A stretch of DNA of 64,000 bases from an archaeon (GCA_023259115.1 JAHFQW010000003.1:46346-110345); one strand, 5' to 3'. Shown: positions 48,137-57,938, counted from the stretch's first letter. Notes: generated by a model from the letters alone, not told the origin. Program-made: numbers and translations.

Positions 48137-48178
48137 TTAACAAAGCTTAATAATGTTCTAAACGCTTCTTAGTATGGT

Positions 48179-48988
48179 ATGGAGTTTAAGATTTATAAAA
48201 AAGAGAATGAAAATATTCATCGCTACCCTAGCGATGATATTAAGACGGCGCAGATTTTTTGTGAAGAGCTGCAGAAAGAGTTAGCGGATTTTTTGGTGGC
48301 AGTTGTGGTGTTTGGGAGTTCGGTGCGTCGAGAGAATACAAGCAAGAGTGATATTGATGTGCTGGTTATTACGGATGATACGGAATATGCGATTACGGAG
48401 CCGTTAATTGAGGGGTATCGCATTATTGTGGAGAATCTAATCACAAAGATTTCGTTGAAGCTACATGTGACATCGATGACGTTTACGTCGTTTTGGGAGC
48501 ATGTGAAGTCGGGGGATCCGGTGGTTGTGAATATTTTACGGGATGGGATTGCGCTGCATGATAGAGGGTGTTATAATCCACTGCAGATATTATTGAAACA
48601 AGGAAGAATTCGACCCTCGGAGGAGAGTATTTGGCGATATTTTGGCCGAGCGCCTAAAACGTTATTGAATTCGCGCTGGCATGTGTTGCAAGCGACACTT
48701 GATTTGTATTGGACAGTGATTGATTCGGCGCATGCGGCACTGATGCGTAAAGGAGAGATTCCACCTACACCAGAACATGTGGCGGATATGTTAGATAAAG
48801 TGTATGTACAGCATAAGTTACTGGAGCCAAAGTATGTGGAGATGATGCGACGATTCTATAAGATGAGCAAGATGATTTCTCATCGTGAGATCAAAGAGTT
48901 AAGAGGAGAGGAGTATGAGCAGTATTATCAGCAAGCGGATGAGTTTGTACGCAGAATGAAGAAGTTGATTGAGAAGGGTGTGTATTGA
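48179..48988 (+). CDS. Nucleotidyltransferase-domain protein (MNT-like N-terminus, helical C-terminal extension)
   Basis: VAVVVFGSSVRRENTSKSDIDVLVITDD is the minimal NTase GS...DxD motif; about 150 aa of helical C-terminal extension. Confidence 0.55.
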   Translation: MEFKIYKKENENIHRYPSDDIKTAQIFCEELQKELADFLVAVVVFGSSVRRENTSKSDIDVLVITDDTEYAITEPLIEGYRIIVENLITKISLKLHVTSMTFTSFWEHVKSGDPVVVNILRDGIALHDRGCYNPLQILLKQGRIRPSEESIWRYFGRAPKTLLNSRWHVLQATLDLYWTVIDSAHAALMRKGEIPPTPEHVADMLDKVYVQHKLLEPKYVEMMRRFYKMSKMISHREIKELRGEEYEQYYQQADEFVRRMKKLIEKGVY

Positions 48989-49125
48989 ATTCATTTCTGT
49001 ATTTAGTTGATACATTTTAGTTGATGAATACATGTTTCTCTTGAAAGAGAGTAACGTAATAATCATCATTACAAATAAAAACCGATTAGAAATAAAAACC
49101 TTTAAGTATTGTTCTTTCTTTCTTA

Positions 49126-50841
49126 TTGTTTATGGAAGATAGTAAGAAAGAAGTAGTTTTGAAGTATGTTCTGAAGAATGCATTGGAGTTTAGCGGACGT
49201 GCGAATAGTAAAGTGGTATTGGGGGCGGTGCTCAAAGAGGATGGGACGCTCAAGAGTGATGTTCCTGCGCTAATGAACGAGATTGAGACAATTATTAAGG
49301 AAGTGCAAAGCCAGAGTGTAGAGATGATTCGTCAACGGTTACTCGCTGTTGCACCAGAGTTATTGCAGGCAAAAGTGGAGGACAAAGTTGAGGGGCCACT
49401 CAAACCGTTACCTAATGCGGTGATGGGAAGTGTGGTATTGCGTATTGCACCATCGCCAAGTGGACCCCTTCATATTGGACATGCGTATGGAGTGTCGCTG
49501 AATTATGAATATGCAAAGATGTATCATGGTAAGTTGATTTTACGAATTGAAGATACGAATGCAGAGAATATTTATCCAGGGGCGTATGAGTTAATTGAGC
49601 GAGATGCGCAGTGGTTGACGGAAAATGGAATTAGCCAGGTGGTTGTGCAATCGGCACGTTTGGGAACCTATTATGATTATGCGGAGAAGTTAGTGCAAGC
49701 GGGAAAGGCGTATATTTGCACGTGTGCGGCAGATGTGTGGCGGGAAATGAAAAATAGGGGGGAGGCGTGTGCTTGTCGAGGGTTACTTGTGGAAGAGCAG
49801 AGGGTGAGGTACGCAAAGTTGTTTAGCTCGTATGCGGAAGGAGAAGCAGTTGTTCGGTTAAAGACAGATATTCAACATAAAAATCCGGCGATGCGTGATT
49901 TTGGGATTATGCGTATTGTTGAGCATGTGCATCCACGTACAGGGAAAGAACAGAGGGTGTGGCCATTGATGGTGTATTCTGTGGCGATTGATGATCATGA
50001 GTTAGGTGTTACACATGTGTTGAATGGGAAAGATCATGCGGATAATGCGGCAAAAGAAAAAATGATTATGGATTGTTTTGGATGGAAGCATCCTGAGTAC
50101 AAGCATTGGGGCAGGATTAATTTTGAGGGCTATGATTTGAGTACGACCAAGACGCGTATGGCAATTGAGAGAGGAGAGTTTCGCGGATGGGATGATATTC
50201 GATTGCCTTTTATGCCGGCACTGCGCAAGCGAGGGTTTCAGGCAGCGGCGTTTCGTACATTTGCACTAGAGATCGGGTTGAGTTTAAATGATAAAACAGT
50301 GGCTTGGGAAGAATTTTGGAAAAGTATTTTTGCATTTAACAAGGATATTGTGGAGAGTGCGGCAAATCGGTATTATTTTGTGGATGATCCTGTGAAAATT
50401 AAAGTGGAGAAGTTTGACGGCAGAGAGATTTTACTGGATTTACATCCAGATTATCCGGCAAGAGGAAAACGAAAGTTTATTGTGAAAAATGATTTTTATG
50501 TTTCTTCTCGAGATATAGAGAAGATGTCAGAAGGACCAGTACATCGATTGATGGATTGCTGTAACATGGCGTTGCGAGAAGGAAAGTGGTATTTTACATC
50601 GCAGGGATATGAAGATTATAAAGACTCAGATAAAAAGGGGATAATTATTCATTGGCTGCCGGCAGAAGAGTTTATCAAAGCAGAAGTGTTGCTGGAGAAT
50701 GGAGAGGTGGCTCGAGGATATGCGGAACGAGCATTGTTATATCGCAAAGTGGGGGAAGTTGTGCAGTTGGAGCGACGATACTTTGCGTGCATTCAAGAGA
50801 TTAAAGATGACAAAGTGGTGCTTTGGTATTTGCATAAGTGA
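49126..50841 (+). CDS. gltX: Glutamyl-tRNA synthetase (archaeal type)
   Basis: Class I HIGH motif (PSGPLHIGHAYG); archaeal/eukaryotic-type catalytic core and anticodon-binding domain; 571 aa. Confidence 0.85.
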   Translation: MFMEDSKKEVVLKYVLKNALEFSGRANSKVVLGAVLKEDGTLKSDVPALMNEIETIIKEVQSQSVEMIRQRLLAVAPELLQAKVEDKVEGPLKPLPNAVMGSVVLRIAPSPSGPLHIGHAYGVSLNYEYAKMYHGKLILRIEDTNAENIYPGAYELIERDAQWLTENGISQVVVQSARLGTYYDYAEKLVQAGKAYICTCAADVWREMKNRGEACACRGLLVEEQRVRYAKLFSSYAEGEAVVRLKTDIQHKNPAMRDFGIMRIVEHVHPRTGKEQRVWPLMVYSVAIDDHELGVTHVLNGKDHADNAAKEKMIMDCFGWKHPEYKHWGRINFEGYDLSTTKTRMAIERGEFRGWDDIRLPFMPALRKRGFQAAAFRTFALEIGLSLNDKTVAWEEFWKSIFAFNKDIVESAANRYYFVDDPVKIKVEKFDGREILLDLHPDYPARGKRKFIVKNDFYVSSRDIEKMSEGPVHRLMDCCNMALREGKWYFTSQGYEDYKDSDKKGIIIHWLPAEEFIKAEVLLENGEVARGYAERALLYRKVGEVVQLERRYFACIQEIKDDKVVLWYLHK

Positions 50842-50934
50842 ATGGTTGAGTAATGAGATTGAGAGTGATTGGTGAATAGGAAAATGATGTTTAGAGAAGT
50901 TTGATTAAAAAGAGAGCGCAAAGGAGGGGGAATT

Positions 50935-51555
50935 ATGGGAAAAATAAGTCGAGATACGCCATTGGCGGAAATTACATTACGTCGTTATGAAAAACCTACG
51001 ATGAACGATAGAGAACTTGTGCGAAAGTTTTGTTTGTCGGTAGGGTTATTACAGCCAGGAGATTCTCGGGACGTAGTGGTTGATGTGTTCCATGTACTAT
51101 TGCAAGCAAAAGGCAGACGGGAAGAGCTGCATTCTGAAGAAATTAAGAATAATGTGATGGATAATCGAAAGCAGGGGGGATTGCCGATGCTGGGAATTGC
51201 ATCTTCGAATATTCGAAGGCAGTTGAAGCGATTGAAAGATTTGTATTTGATTGAGACGAATGCGAATTTGTATAGAGTTACAGAGTTTGGGCATTTATCA
51301 GAAGTATTTGAGGAGAAGGTGCAAAATTTTATTTTAAGTTCGGTTATGTCGCGGGTGAAGGATTATTTGCAGAAAATGGATGAGGAGTTTCCTGCGGGAG
51401 CGCATAGTGTTGTGCAGAAGAGTGTGGCGCAAGGTGGAGGAGTTGAGGGATTAGGAGCATTAAAAGAGAGAGGAGCATATGATAAGTATGATAAAGTACA
51501 TATTCAATCGGACTTTTTGGTGATGGTGAAGAGCGCGATGCGACGAAAAGAGTGA
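50935..51555 (+). CDS. Hypothetical protein, possibly winged-helix
   Basis: IRRQLKRLKDLYLIETNANLYRVTEFG resembles a wHTH recognition helix plus wing. Weak. Confidence 0.3.
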   Translation: MGKISRDTPLAEITLRRYEKPTMNDRELVRKFCLSVGLLQPGDSRDVVVDVFHVLLQAKGRREELHSEEIKNNVMDNRKQGGLPMLGIASSNIRRQLKRLKDLYLIETNANLYRVTEFGHLSEVFEEKVQNFILSSVMSRVKDYLQKMDEEFPAGAHSVVQKSVAQGGGVEGLGALKERGAYDKYDKVHIQSDFLVMVKSAMRRKE

Positions 51556-51652
51556 AGAGTGATTTAGAGGAGTAGGAATACATGATGACCTGTTGTTTTT
51601 GTTATACCTATTCTATTCTGTAAATCATTAAAAAGCAGATGTTTATTTTTGG

Positions 51653-53407
51653 TTGCTGATGGCGTTTGATGAAAAATTACAGAGAGTATATAGGCAGAGA
51701 CGAGAGGAGGCGTGGTTGAAATCTCGTATGATTGAGGGGATACCAAGTTTGCAAGATGATTTTTCTGAAGTGAGACATTGCGTAGTTTCTTCTGAGGAAG
51801 GAATTGAGGCGTTAGTGGGAGATGCGCAAGTTATTTTGATGACGGGAGGATATTTTGGGGATGAAGCGAAAGGAAAATGGGGGAATGCGCTGGCAACAAA
51901 AGTGGACATGGTGGTGCGACCTAATTCGGGAGCAAATACGGGACGAACTATTTGTTACAAAGCAGAGAAGTTGAGTTTACATCTGGTACCAACGGGGTTG
52001 CTTGAAGGGATAAGAGCGATTATTGGATCTGAGACGGTTGGGGATCCGATTAGTTTAGATGAAGAGGAGTTGGCGTTATTTCGAGCGAGGGAAATTGATT
52101 ATAGTTTGCTGGAGGTGGGAAATTTTTTTATTACAACACCGTATCACCGCATTATGGATGTGCTGGGGAGCGCATTGAATGGTTCGACGGGAGTGGGGAT
52201 TATGCCAACGCATAAGTCTATTAAAGGAAAATCGTGTCCCAGACTAGATGATTTGTTTAATAGCTCTACTCATTTACGAAGAGTTCTTTCAAAAGATCAT
52301 GAGAATTATGAAGGCTTTTTGGAGACAAAATTATTGAATCGAGATATGGTAGTTGAGCGTCTTTTAGAAATACAACAACGAAATAGACGAATAGTGCCAG
52401 AGTATGTTTTAGAGTTTGCCAAGTCGCGTGAACCAATTGAATTTTTAAATGAGTTATACGCAGAAAGAGTAGTGAGAAATATACATTTTCCCAAACGGGT
52501 GGATGCGAGTTATGAAGTGAAGAGAGCGCTACAACGAGGAGAGCGGGTGTTATTAGAAGTGACACAGAGTTATCTCTTGAGCAATGCACGGCAACAAGGA
52601 TATCGCTATTCGACATCGGCAGATGTGACGGCGTTAGGGGCGTTGACGTCACTGGGGATTTCTCCGATGCGCTATTCTACGCGGGTGATTAATGTGAATA
52701 AGTTTCCTGGAGCGTCACGAGTGGGACCGGGAGATATTCCAGGTTCTTTTGTGGCACAAAATCATTTTGCGGAGAATAAGATTACGTCACTGAGCGAGTT
52801 AGGAGAGGCTTGTGTTGATTTTAATGCGATTTGTCAGATGTATTTTAGTGCGATTGGGAAGAATGGGATTTTGCAACCGGTTACCTATACAGATGCAACG
52901 GGAACGTATGAAATTGGAGAAGCGATGGCGATTGCCAATGCGCGTACGTTTGATGAGAGAGGAGCAACAACGGGCAAGCCACGGATTACGGGTTTATTTG
53001 ATTGTGTGTTGGGCAGACTCGTGGCAGAGGAACAAGGACCGTATACGGTTATTTCTTGCATGGATAGAGGAAATGTGTGTGACAAAGTGGGATTGGTGGT
53101 AGGGTATGTGGTGTCGTTACCAGAAGAGGTTGAGAGGATTGATTGTAATGGAATGATGTATACAACGGGCAAAGTGATTGTGCCTGGAGATCAAGTACCA
53201 ACAAGTGATGTACTGCAGTATTGTGTGCCAATTATTAAAGTGATGGAAGGTTGGAAGAGCACGCCACTTGGGAATTTGCATCCAGGAGAAGAGCTGCCTT
53301 TGGCAGTTTCTAGTGTTATTGGGGCAATTGAGAAATATACGGGATTTTTGGTTATGGCAATTGGAACGGGACCGGAAACCAATGAGGCGTTGTATTTGAA
53401 GCGGTAA
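51653..53407 (+). CDS. Adenylosuccinate-synthetase-like protein (divergent PurA family, 584 aa)
   Basis: GDEAKGKW (vs GDEGKGK); SGANTGRT in place of GGHNAGHT; NGSTGVGIMPTH (vs IGTTGRGIGPAY); GATTGKPRITGLFD (vs GATTGRRRRTGWLD); IGTGPETNE (vs ISTGPDRTE). Has an N-terminal extension and internal insertions. Confidence 0.55.
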   Translation: MLMAFDEKLQRVYRQRREEAWLKSRMIEGIPSLQDDFSEVRHCVVSSEEGIEALVGDAQVILMTGGYFGDEAKGKWGNALATKVDMVVRPNSGANTGRTICYKAEKLSLHLVPTGLLEGIRAIIGSETVGDPISLDEEELALFRAREIDYSLLEVGNFFITTPYHRIMDVLGSALNGSTGVGIMPTHKSIKGKSCPRLDDLFNSSTHLRRVLSKDHENYEGFLETKLLNRDMVVERLLEIQQRNRRIVPEYVLEFAKSREPIEFLNELYAERVVRNIHFPKRVDASYEVKRALQRGERVLLEVTQSYLLSNARQQGYRYSTSADVTALGALTSLGISPMRYSTRVINVNKFPGASRVGPGDIPGSFVAQNHFAENKITSLSELGEACVDFNAICQMYFSAIGKNGILQPVTYTDATGTYEIGEAMAIANARTFDERGATTGKPRITGLFDCVLGRLVAEEQGPYTVISCMDRGNVCDKVGLVVGYVVSLPEEVERIDCNGMMYTTGKVIVPGDQVPTSDVLQYCVPIIKVMEGWKSTPLGNLHPGEELPLAVSSVIGAIEKYTGFLVMAIGTGPETNEALYLKR

Positions 53408-53454
53408 ATAAATGAGGTTGTTCTTTAATTGTTTTTGAAGAAGTAATAATTCTT

Positions 53455-53500
53455 ATAGATAATTCTGTGAGTGATATTACATTTTTGTACAGAATTGTCC
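53455..53500. repeat. ATAGATAATTCTGT...ACAGAATTGTCC hairpin module (third copy)
   Basis: Same family as 5992-6033 and 20311-20353: 12-13-bp inverted arms around an AT-rich 19-nt spacer. Confidence 0.45.
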
Positions 53501-53534
53501 ATAATAATAAGAAATAAAAAATGAAAATAAAAAC

Positions 53535-53798
53535 TTAAATAATATCTTCTTCAGCAACGACGATGAAATCGCCGGTGGCAATGACCGCAGAGAAAGGAAT
53601 CAAGACTTGGCCTTCTTTGGTGCGTTCTAATTCCATGCGTTCGGTATAAGTGGTAGGATTGCGCAAGACGACGTGAATTAATTCACCTGAGCCGACTTCG
53701 AAAATCATGTCACCAACTTCTCCGAATTTCTTGCCTGATTTTGATACTACGGTTTTCCCGAGTAATTCCTTAGAAAAAAGCTTGTCTTTTTCTGCCAT
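53535..53798 (-). CDS. PRC-barrel domain protein
   Basis: LLGKTVVSKSGKKFGEVGDMIFEVGSGELIHVVL matches archaeal stand-alone PRC-barrel proteins of about 85 aa. Confidence 0.6.
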   Translation of the reverse strand: MAEKDKLFSKELLGKTVVSKSGKKFGEVGDMIFEVGSGELIHVVLRNPTTYTERMELERTKEGQVLIPFSAVIATGDFIVVAEEDII

Positions 53799-53889
53799 AA
53801 TAATCCAACCTCATTTTTTATTTATTTTCTAGTGATATTGACTAAGAGGCAGAGGAGAAAGTGACTATATAAAGTTTACGGTGATGGAT

Positions 53890-54035
53890 TAGTTATTGTG
53901 CTGTTTCTATAGTAGAATCCCATGATTTTTTGAGCATTTGTGGAATTCTACTAAGAAGTACTTTGAATATTGAGGATTATATGGGTTATTCAAAGTTCTC
54001 TATAGTAGAATCCCATGATTTTCAAACATATTCTA
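53890..54035. repeat. Mosaic hairpin-repeat locus D
   Basis: TCTATAGTAGAATCCCATGATTTT appears twice (53921 and 54013), bracketing TGTGGAATTCTACTA (its inverse) and the AAGTACTTTGAATATTGAGGATTATATGGGTTATTCAAAGT palindrome. Confidence 0.55.
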
Positions 54036-54123
54036 ACAGAAGGAGGTAGAGGGAAATTGAGGTGTATAGGGAATGAAGATGTATAAAATGGCGCGTCTAG
54101 AGTAAAATGATATAAGATTCTGC

Positions 54124-54504
54124 TTATTTGATGGGGGCGGAGAGGTAATTATCATAGAAGACGTTGCGAATGTCTTTTTTGAGGTCGCGCGCGATGCCTT
54201 GGAACAGATTGGCATCAAGACGGCTTTTCTGGAATAAGGACATGCGAACTTTGGATTCGACTTCACGGCTGATTTTGTCCATTAATTTGGCAGGATCGTT
54301 GCCGCCTTTGCGGAGTTCTCGGCCAAGAATGCCATGCTGCTCTTTAAATGCGTCCATGAAGGAGGTGAGGAATTCGTTTTGGTATTTAGATACGCCAATG
54401 AAGTTGGATTCGTTACCGGTGATGACGATGTTTTTTCTTGATGCGCGATTGAACGATTTTAATAGGCTTAGTTCAAATTCGGTTAAGAACGATTGGGTTA
54501 TCAT
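54124..54504 (-). CDS. Hypothetical protein (126 aa)
   Basis: Clean ORF; no motif recognised. Confidence 0.35.
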   Translation of the reverse strand: MITQSFLTEFELSLLKSFNRASRKNIVITGNESNFIGVSKYQNEFLTSFMDAFKEQHGILGRELRKGGNDPAKLMDKISREVESKVRMSLFQKSRLDANLFQGIARDLKKDIRNVFYDNYLSAPIK

Positions 54505-54684
54505 TAGGAATCACACTCTTTTTGGTTTTTTATTATCTGATTAGTTATCTGATTAGTTTACTATATGTTTGTGTTTAATTAAGAGAATTATATAAACTTT
54601 ATGCGGATGGAGAAGATAGGTTCATGGGGAATTAAAAGATATTTTTGAGGAATATTAATAAATAAGACGAGTTGTAATTTAATT

Positions 54685-55491
54685 ATGTGGGTTTACAATC
54701 TTGATCCGGTGCTTGTGCACTTAGGGCCAGTTGAAATACGATGGTATGGGTTAGTGTATGTGGCGGGGTTCTTTTTTGCAGTCTGGTGGTTGCATTATAT
54801 GGCGAAAAGAGGGCAAGTTGAGTTGAGCTCGGATGATATTTGGGATATGTTGTTTTATTTGATGATAGGGGTATTGATCGGTTCGCGGTTGTTTGAGGTG
54901 TTTTGGGAGCCGAGTTATTATTTGAGCAATCCGCTGCGATTTTTGAAGATTTGGGAAGGAGGGATGAGTTTTCATGGAGGATTTGTGGGGATTATTACGG
55001 CAACAGGGTGGTATTGTCGGAAGAAGAAGATGAATTTTTGGAAGATTGCGGATGCGATGAGTTTTCCAACTCTGTTGGCGTTGGCATTGGGACGGGTGGC
55101 AAATTTTGTTAATGGTGAATTAGTAGGACGAGTGTGGGGTGGTTCTTGGTGTGTGGTGTTTCCAGATTATGATATGCAATGTCGACATCCATCCATTTTA
55201 TATGCGGCGGGGCAGAGATTAGTTGTTGCGGTGTGGCTGGCATGGTTGACGGTGCGTTGGGAGTTTAGGGCAGGATTTATTTTTTGGAATTTTGTTTTGC
55301 TGGAAGGAATGGGTAGATTTATTATTGATTTTTGGCGAGAGGATACGTTGTATTATGGGTTTACGATGGGGCAGATATTTAGTGCGATGATGGTTGTTGT
55401 GGCGGTGTGGATGTTGGTTTTGAGGCATCGAGGGGATGTGAAGCGGTTGTTTTTGAATAGGAAAGAGCTTGAGAGATTAGAAGAAGCCTGA
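54685..55491 (+). CDS. lgt: Prolipoprotein diacylglyceryl transferase (bacterial Lgt)
   Basis: LGPVEIRWYGLVYVAGFFFAVWW (cf. IGPVALHWYGLMYLVGF); WEGGMSFHGG (identical to the E. coli WDGGMSFHGG core); GRVANFVNGELVGR; HPSILYAA (cf. HPSQLYE). Confidence 0.8.
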   Translation: MWVYNLDPVLVHLGPVEIRWYGLVYVAGFFFAVWWLHYMAKRGQVELSSDDIWDMLFYLMIGVLIGSRLFEVFWEPSYYLSNPLRFLKIWEGGMSFHGGFVGIITATGWYCRKKKMNFWKIADAMSFPTLLALALGRVANFVNGELVGRVWGGSWCVVFPDYDMQCRHPSILYAAGQRLVVAVWLAWLTVRWEFRAGFIFWNFVLLEGMGRFIIDFWREDTLYYGFTMGQIFSAMMVVVAVWMLVLRHRGDVKRLFLNRKELERLEEA

Positions 55492-55579
55492 AGGATAGAA
55501 GATGTGTGTTCTTGATGTTTTGTAAGATAGAGAGAGAGGAATATTTTGAGAAACTATTATAAAGTAGTTATCGGTTGGG

Positions 55580-57397
55580 TTGAGCATGGTTGATTTGGCA
55601 GGATTGATTGCATCTTACAACGGATTGGATTATGTGTATAGCGCAAAACCGGGAAAGTATACTTTTGTAGCGCCGAGTTCTTTTACAGAAAATGGTCTGA
55701 GGCAGAGAGGGGGGAGAGTTGTAGTTATAGAACAGGGAGAGAATTGTATTACTTCTCTGGTTATGGATAATGGGCATGGTTCAGCGATTATTACACCAAA
55801 TAATAAGGGGCAGACGTATATGGTATTGAGGTATGTACCTTATATTGTGAATATTGTTGAAAAAAAAGGAAAAAATGCGTCTTTACAAGAATGTAAAATA
55901 ATTCCCACAACGCTCTATGATGTGGAATTAGTCAAAGTGATAAGTGATGTAGGGGTTTTTGAAGAGCGGTGTGAAAAAGAGTTTGAACAGTGTACCTTTG
56001 CCGCGATGCGAAGTGGTTTTTTATCACAGTTATTATTACCTAAAACGAAGACAGCAACACTTTCAAGAAAAGTGGATCTGAATTCATTAGATTTGTTGAT
56101 GCAAGAAGCTCGGCGATATAAACTCTTAGATCATGAGCTGGAATTTATTGTTGGCCAACGGCGAGATTATGTGAAAAGAATGATGGACACAGCGCTGGCA
56201 AATTTAGTTTTTTTGCAAAAAGATACACCCCATTTTACGCAATTATGGGCAGATGTGAGAAGAGTATTAAGAGAAATACCTCTTCCTACGACACCAGATG
56301 AAATGAGGGAAGTTGAGAAGTATTACAAACCAGAAGTGAGACGCTATTTTGATCTAAAAGGAGCTACTTTTTTTACTGATGTGAAAGAGCATCGCTACAT
56401 TTTGAATTTATTTCTAGCATCAGAAGGCAGAGATATGAAGAGATTTGGTTCATTACAGTGGCAAGAAGAGGTGTATGGAGAGATAATACCATCGGTGCAA
56501 CACTATGTGGATAGCCAAAAAGCGATGTTTGAAGGGGGGGGAAAAACTCTCCCTGCAATACTCTTAGAGCAAACAAGATTATTAGATGTTTATCATCGCG
56601 CTAAAACACAATATCAAGAAATGATTAATCTTTTTGTAGCGCATAATATTCGTTTAGTGTTTAACCGAGCATTGCCGTTCATTAAGAAAGGAAAAGATAC
56701 GACGGAAGCAATGGCCAATGGCATGGTTGGCTTACGCAAGGCGGCGATGAAATATAAATGGGAGCGAGGGTATAAATTTTCAACCTATGCGGCGTGGTGG
56801 ATCAGACAAAATATTGATCGAGAAGATATGGATACAGGGGAGACGATTCGCAAGCCGGTGCATCTGCGTACGTTCTTAGATAAGTTGCATTATGTACAAG
56901 GAAGATTTTGGCAACAGCAATGCCGATATCCTACTTTGGAGGAATTAGCAGAAATAGTTGATGCGCCTGTACGCAGGATCAAACGGGCGTTAGAGAGTCC
57001 GGGTGAATGCCGATCACTCTATGATAAAGTGGGTGATCTAGATGATCGAGATGGAGCATCAGTTATTGATTTTATTGATGGAAGTGATGCAGAGCAGTTG
57101 AGAGGATTTGTACATGTGCCTTTAGATGTACATACGGCGGCTGAGGGAAGTAATATGGGTTTAAAAGTGCACCAGATGTTAATATTATTAACCCCTAGAG
57201 AGGAATCTGTGATACGCTATCGTTTCGGGATTGGTGTAGAAGAGAAGACACTTGAAGAGGTGGGACAGATGATGGGGCTTACGCGGGAGCGGATTAGACA
57301 AATTGAGATGATCGTAATTAAAAAATTAGGTAGGCGATTGGAGAGTAGAGGTATTACGGCGGATTATTTGGATAGAGAGAGGAATAAAGAGACTTGA
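55580..57397 (+). CDS. Sigma-70-family (primary-like) sigma factor with an approximately 350-aa N-terminal extension of unknown nature
   Basis: Region 2: NIRLVFNRALPFIKKGKDTTEAMANGMVGLRKAAMKYKWERGYKFSTYAAWWIRQNI (RGYKFSTYA[T/A]WWIRQ is the group 1/2 sigma hallmark). Region 3 start: IRKPVHL. Region 4.2: LLTPREESVIRYRFGIGVEEKTLEEVGQMMGLTRERIRQIEMIVIKKL. Confidence 0.75.
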   Translation: MSMVDLAGLIASYNGLDYVYSAKPGKYTFVAPSSFTENGLRQRGGRVVVIEQGENCITSLVMDNGHGSAIITPNNKGQTYMVLRYVPYIVNIVEKKGKNASLQECKIIPTTLYDVELVKVISDVGVFEERCEKEFEQCTFAAMRSGFLSQLLLPKTKTATLSRKVDLNSLDLLMQEARRYKLLDHELEFIVGQRRDYVKRMMDTALANLVFLQKDTPHFTQLWADVRRVLREIPLPTTPDEMREVEKYYKPEVRRYFDLKGATFFTDVKEHRYILNLFLASEGRDMKRFGSLQWQEEVYGEIIPSVQHYVDSQKAMFEGGGKTLPAILLEQTRLLDVYHRAKTQYQEMINLFVAHNIRLVFNRALPFIKKGKDTTEAMANGMVGLRKAAMKYKWERGYKFSTYAAWWIRQNIDREDMDTGETIRKPVHLRTFLDKLHYVQGRFWQQQCRYPTLEELAEIVDAPVRRIKRALESPGECRSLYDKVGDLDDRDGASVIDFIDGSDAEQLRGFVHVPLDVHTAAEGSNMGLKVHQMLILLTPREESVIRYRFGIGVEEKTLEEVGQMMGLTRERIRQIEMIVIKKLGRRLESRGITADYLDRERNKET

Positions 57398-57488
57398 GTT
57401 TATCTCTTGTATTTTTTGATTGAGTAACATTTATTAACAAAAAGAGGATTTGATCAAATAGAAGTAAAGATTAATTTGAGGTGTCTCT

Positions 57489-57938
57489 ATGAAAAAAATA
57501 ATTTTAGGAATAACTTTGATGATGGTGTTGTTTGTGGCGGCGTGTAGTACACCGCAAGCAGAGACGACATCGAGTACGGTGCCCGTACAGAAAGCGGCAG
57601 TGCCTGCGACTCCAGCTGTTTCTGAGAATTCAAGCAATTTGGTGAGCGCGCCAGAATCAGCGAGTAGTGCTGAGGTGAAGAGCAATCCATCGACCACAAC
57701 GGTGAGTATTAAAGGGTTTAAGTTCCAACAAAACACGGTGGAAATTAACGCAGGAGATACTATTGAATGGGTAAATGAGGATAGTGCACCACATACGGTG
57801 ACTTTTGAGGATACGAATATTTTAGATGAGAAATTGTCTTCAAAGGGTAAAGTGAGCCACACGTTTACAGAGAAGGGAACGTTTGAATACCACTGTTCAT
57901 TTCATCCAAATATGAAAGGCATTGTTGTTGTGAAGTGA
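57489..57938 (+). CDS. Cupredoxin (plastocyanin/amicyanin-like blue copper protein) with a bacterial-type lipobox signal
   Basis: Signal ...VLFVAAC (lipobox VAAC); S/T/P linker; C-terminal copper site H(PHTVTF)...EYHCSFHPNMKGIVVV (His, Cys, His, Met). Confidence 0.7.
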   Translation: MKKIILGITLMMVLFVAACSTPQAETTSSTVPVQKAAVPATPAVSENSSNLVSAPESASSAEVKSNPSTTTVSIKGFKFQQNTVEINAGDTIEWVNEDSAPHTVTFEDTNILDEKLSSKGKVSHTFTEKGTFEYHCSFHPNMKGIVVVK

